Shown here one piece after another: positions 33,536-35,243 of a DNA stretch of 35,243 bases. The DNA comes from Acetobacteraceae bacterium (GTDB taxonomy: Bacteria > Pseudomonadota > Alphaproteobacteria > Acetobacterales > Acetobacteraceae). Both the position numbers and the translations under genes were made by a program. The notes beneath the pieces are model-generated. The model ran no database searches and was not told the DNA's origin. It saw only the letters and a program-made list of their open reading frames with translations. The stretch lies in contig JANXRT010000293.1 in the NCBI GenBank assembly GCA_025356735.1, positions 1 to 35,243 of the forward strand, given 5' to 3'. Position 1 is the stretch's first letter, and every line of letters starts with the position of its first letter.

Positions 33536-34809
33536 AGGCTTTGCGCCCCGTGCAGGCTGTAAAGCGGCTCCAGTATCCATTGATAGAGCGGACGCGCCTC
33601 CAGCAGCACGAGCGCATCGACCTGCATGCTGGCGCGCAGCTTTTCGGGCCGCCCGAAGGCTGTGACGTCCTGGCGGTCCGGCGTCACCACCAGCCGGTAG
33701 AAGGTTTTTCCGGTGTCGGCCGGCGCGGCGCCGGGCACCAGGGCGCGGAGCTCGTCAGCCTGCAGGGCGGCGTGCGAGACCTCGGTCAGGGTGCCCCAGT
33801 ACTGGCCAAACTTCTGATAGGGGAAGGCGGTGTAGCGCAGCCGGACGCGCTGGCCGGGATGGACGAAGCCGATCGAGTTGCTGGGGGCTAGCAGCTCGGC
33901 TTGCATCTGCTGCTGGTCGGGCACGATGGTCAGCACGCGCGCGCCGGCGGCGACGAGCTGGCCCGGGTGGCTGGCGAGCGCGGTTACCGTGCCGGCGGCG
34001 GTGGCGTGGATTTCCAGCGAGCGGCGCGCCTCGGCCGCGGCGACCTGCTGCTCGATCTCGAGCATCTTGGCGCGCATCTCGCCGATCTCGTTGTCCGTCT
34101 GTATGCGGGTGGTCTGCTGTTGGGACCGGGCCTCGATCAGCTGCGCCTGGACGCGCAGAGCAACGCTGCGCAGCTCCTCCAGCTCGTCCTTGGCGCGCAT
34201 CCAGGTTGCCTGCTGGTTGTTGCGCTCGTTCATGTTGCCGATGCCGGTCTGCACGTAACGGTTGTAGTCGGCTAGGTTCTTCGCGAGGCGGGCGGCGAAC
34301 TCGTCCTTGACGCCGAGCTGGACCTGCGTCTGGCGAGCCTGTTCCTGGAGGTTGTCGATGCGGCTTTGCTGTATCGCCTCCTGCTGCTCCTGATATCGTT
34401 GCTTGAGCGCGATCTGCTCGGTGAGCAGAACGTGGTGGCTGGCGAGCGACCGCAGGATCTGCTGCTGGGTGTCGCCATTGCTGGTCGATGTTTCGAGGTT
34501 GAGGACGTAGAGCAAGGTGCCCGCGACGACGTGCGCGTTGTCCTGCACGGCGACCGCCTCGATGCGGCCGGATGCCGGCGCGGTGGCCTGGATCAGGCCG
34601 GTGGTCGGCAGCACGACGCCATGCAGTTCGACCCGGCGGGCGTAGCCGCCGTAGAGGAGGATTGCCAGCGCGGCGGCGACGGCGACCACCGAGGCAAAGC
34701 TCAGCACGGTCACGGGGGCGCCCAGGGCGAGGGTGTGGCGGCCTAGCCATGCGGCCTGGCGGGCATCGAGCGACTCTGGCCGGAACAGTTCTTGCCGGGT
34801 GACGCTCAT
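33532..34809 (-). CDS. HlyD-family membrane fusion/adaptor protein (CvaA-like)
   Basis: The ATG at 34809 gives MSVTRQELFRPESLDARQAAWLGRHTLAL. This parallels the CvaA N-terminus MFRQDALENRKMKWQGRAILL. It has one TM segment, a long coiled-coil region (Q/E/A/R-rich) and a C-terminal beta-barrel region. 425 aa. Confidence 0.85.
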   Translation of the reverse strand: MSVTRQELFRPESLDARQAAWLGRHTLALGAPVTVLSFASVVAVAAALAILLYGGYARRVELHGVVLPTTGLIQATAPASGRIEAVAVQDNAHVVAGTLLYVLNLETSTSNGDTQQQILRSLASHHVLLTEQIALKQRYQEQQEAIQQSRIDNLQEQARQTQVQLGVKDEFAARLAKNLADYNRYVQTGIGNMNERNNQQATWMRAKDELEELRSVALRVQAQLIEARSQQQTTRIQTDNEIGEMRAKMLEIEQQVAAAEARRSLEIHATAAGTVTALASHPGQLVAAGARVLTIVPDQQQMQAELLAPSNSIGFVHPGQRVRLRYTAFPYQKFGQYWGTLTEVSHAALQADELRALVPGAAPADTGKTFYRLVVTPDRQDVTAFGRPEKLRASMQVDALVLLEARPLYQWILEPLYSLHGAQSL

Positions 34810-34852
34810 TCGGGAAGCCCAGTCATCGTTGCGGCGTCGTGTCTGGCCGTGA

Positions 34853-34880
34853 GATCCCCCGGCCATTCGGCCGGGGGATC
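34853..34880 (-). promoter_or_regulatory. Perfect 12-bp stem / 4-nt loop hairpin between the peptide gene and the exporter genes (candidate partial terminator or processing/stability element)
   Basis: GATCCCCCGGCC-ATTC-GGCCGGGGGATC. It lies 19 nt after the peptide stop and 44 nt before the HlyD start. There is no U-tract on the transcribed (minus) strand. Confidence 0.5.
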
Positions 34881-34898
34881 TTTCGCAGAGGCGAGAGG

Positions 34899-35108
34899 CT
34901 AGAGCGAGAGGTTGATGCCGTTCCCGTTGCCGATGTTCACGGTGTTGCCATTCGCACCTTCTTTGCCGCTGTAGTTGCCGCCCTTGATCACCACTTCGTT
35001 GTTGTTTCCGTTGTAGCTGCCAATCGAATACTGCCGATTGTCATTGCCGCGACGGCCGCCGGAGACCAGATCGAGTTCGCTGGTGCTCAGTTCGACGAGT
35101 TGGTTCAT
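34899..35108 (-). CDS. Double-glycine-leader peptide precursor (class II microcin/bacteriocin-like), 18-aa leader plus 51-aa Asn/Gly-rich core
   Basis: MNQLVELSTSELDLVSGG|RRGNDNRQYSIGSYNGNNNEVVIKGGNYSGKEGANGNTVNIGNGNGINLSL. The leader fits the L-S-x-x-E-L-x-x-(I/V)-x-G-G consensus. GGGAGA SD at 35115-35120, 6 nt from the ATG. It lies directly upstream of, and co-oriented with, the C39-ABC/HlyD exporter genes. Confidence 0.8.
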   Translation of the reverse strand: MNQLVELSTSELDLVSGGRRGNDNRQYSIGSYNGNNNEVVIKGGNYSGKEGANGNTVNIGNGNGINLSL

Positions 35109-35243
35109 GGTTATTCTCCCATTTTTTTAGTTGATGAAAACGCCGCGAAAAAGGGCTACGTACAACAATATACGCTGAAACGATTGAGCATATTATTGGA
35201 CGTATTCCTCGTCCCCGCAAGCGAACCGTAACGACATGGGTGC
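35109..35243 (-). promoter_or_regulatory. Upstream region of the peptide gene (SD plus probable promoter), AT-enriched
   Basis: My hand count is 61 G+C in 135 nt, and about 38% G+C in the 92 nt nearest the gene. SD GGGAGA. TATATT (reverse complement of 35167-35172) is a possible -10. I see no convincing -35. The window ends here. Confidence 0.35.

Noticed and set aside
33755-34750. 331-aa minus-strand ORF in an alternative frame of the HlyD gene
   Set aside because: It is an Arg/Pro/Ala-rich off-frame translation. The HlyD frame aligns to CvaA-type adaptors from N-terminus to C-terminus.
34853-34880. Hairpin as a classical Rho-independent terminator
   Set aside because: No U-tract follows the stem on the transcribed (minus) strand. 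I kept it only as a candidate attenuator or stability element.
34899-35108. Peptide as a siderophore-microcin (class IIb), lanthipeptide or other heavily modified RiPP
   Set aside because: The core has no Ser-rich C-terminus and no Cys. The window holds no glycosyltransferase/esterase (mchA/mceIJ-like), LanM/LanBC, radical-SAM or cyclodehydratase genes near the locus. The EPS glycosyltransferases are more than 5.5 kb away in a separate cluster.
34839-35231. 130-aa plus-strand ORF covering the peptide gene region
   Set aside because: It is antisense to the double-glycine peptide ORF. It lacks an SD and any motif. The minus-strand ORF has a strong SD, a consensus leader and matching exporter context.
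1-35243. Mobile elements, CRISPR arrays, tRNA/rRNA genes
   Set aside because: I found no transposase or integrase-like ORFs, no spaced direct-repeat arrays, and no T-loop-type tRNA signatures in the short intergenic regions. The only repeats seen are the 18-bp tandem array and the REP-like palindromes.

Overview
This is a high-GC, alphaproteobacterium-like chromosomal segment. That taxonomic guess is an inference from codon style and gene families. I support about 31 protein-coding genes. I saw no rRNA, tRNA, CRISPR array, transposase or integrase. Many long ORFs in the six-frame track are antisense or shadow frames typical of GC-rich DNA, and I rejected them.

Gene content, left to right:
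- Hydroxy-acid module: partial D-2-hydroxyacid dehydrogenase, TRAP transporter DctP plus fused DctQM, tartrate/D-malate dehydrogenase-family enzyme, RraA-like protein.
- A 4-gene ABC importer.
- An MntA/HepT (type VII) toxin-antitoxin pair.
- glpD and an M20 peptidase, followed by a 3 x 18-bp tandem repeat.
- A stand-alone NodT-family outer-membrane factor.
- cysE, a stand-alone CoxL-like molybdopterin subunit, and mepA.
- A 6-gene exopolysaccharide cluster: BY-kinase/PCP, unknown polytopic membrane protein, Wzx-like flippase, GT26, GT2, priming phosphoglycosyl transferase.
- VOC, LLM oxidoreductase, GFA, a small secreted protein and a DUF2165 membrane protein.

The most interesting locus is at the right edge, on the minus strand. 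It is a 69-aa ORF with a textbook double-glycine leader and a 51-aa Asn/Gly-rich, Cys-free core. A perfect 12-bp stem-loop follows it, then a CvaA-like HlyD-family adaptor, then a CvaB-like ABC exporter with a C39 peptidase domain that retains its catalytic residues. This is a class II microcin-type production and export locus whose cargo I do not recognise. No immunity or modification gene is visible, and the window ends 135 bp upstream of the peptide gene.

Other observations: a REP-like GC-rich palindromic element family, one copy of which forms the 3' end of the exporter gene; a structured leader over the ribosome-binding site of the molybdoenzyme gene; AT-rich islands upstream of the EPS priming gene and the peptide gene.
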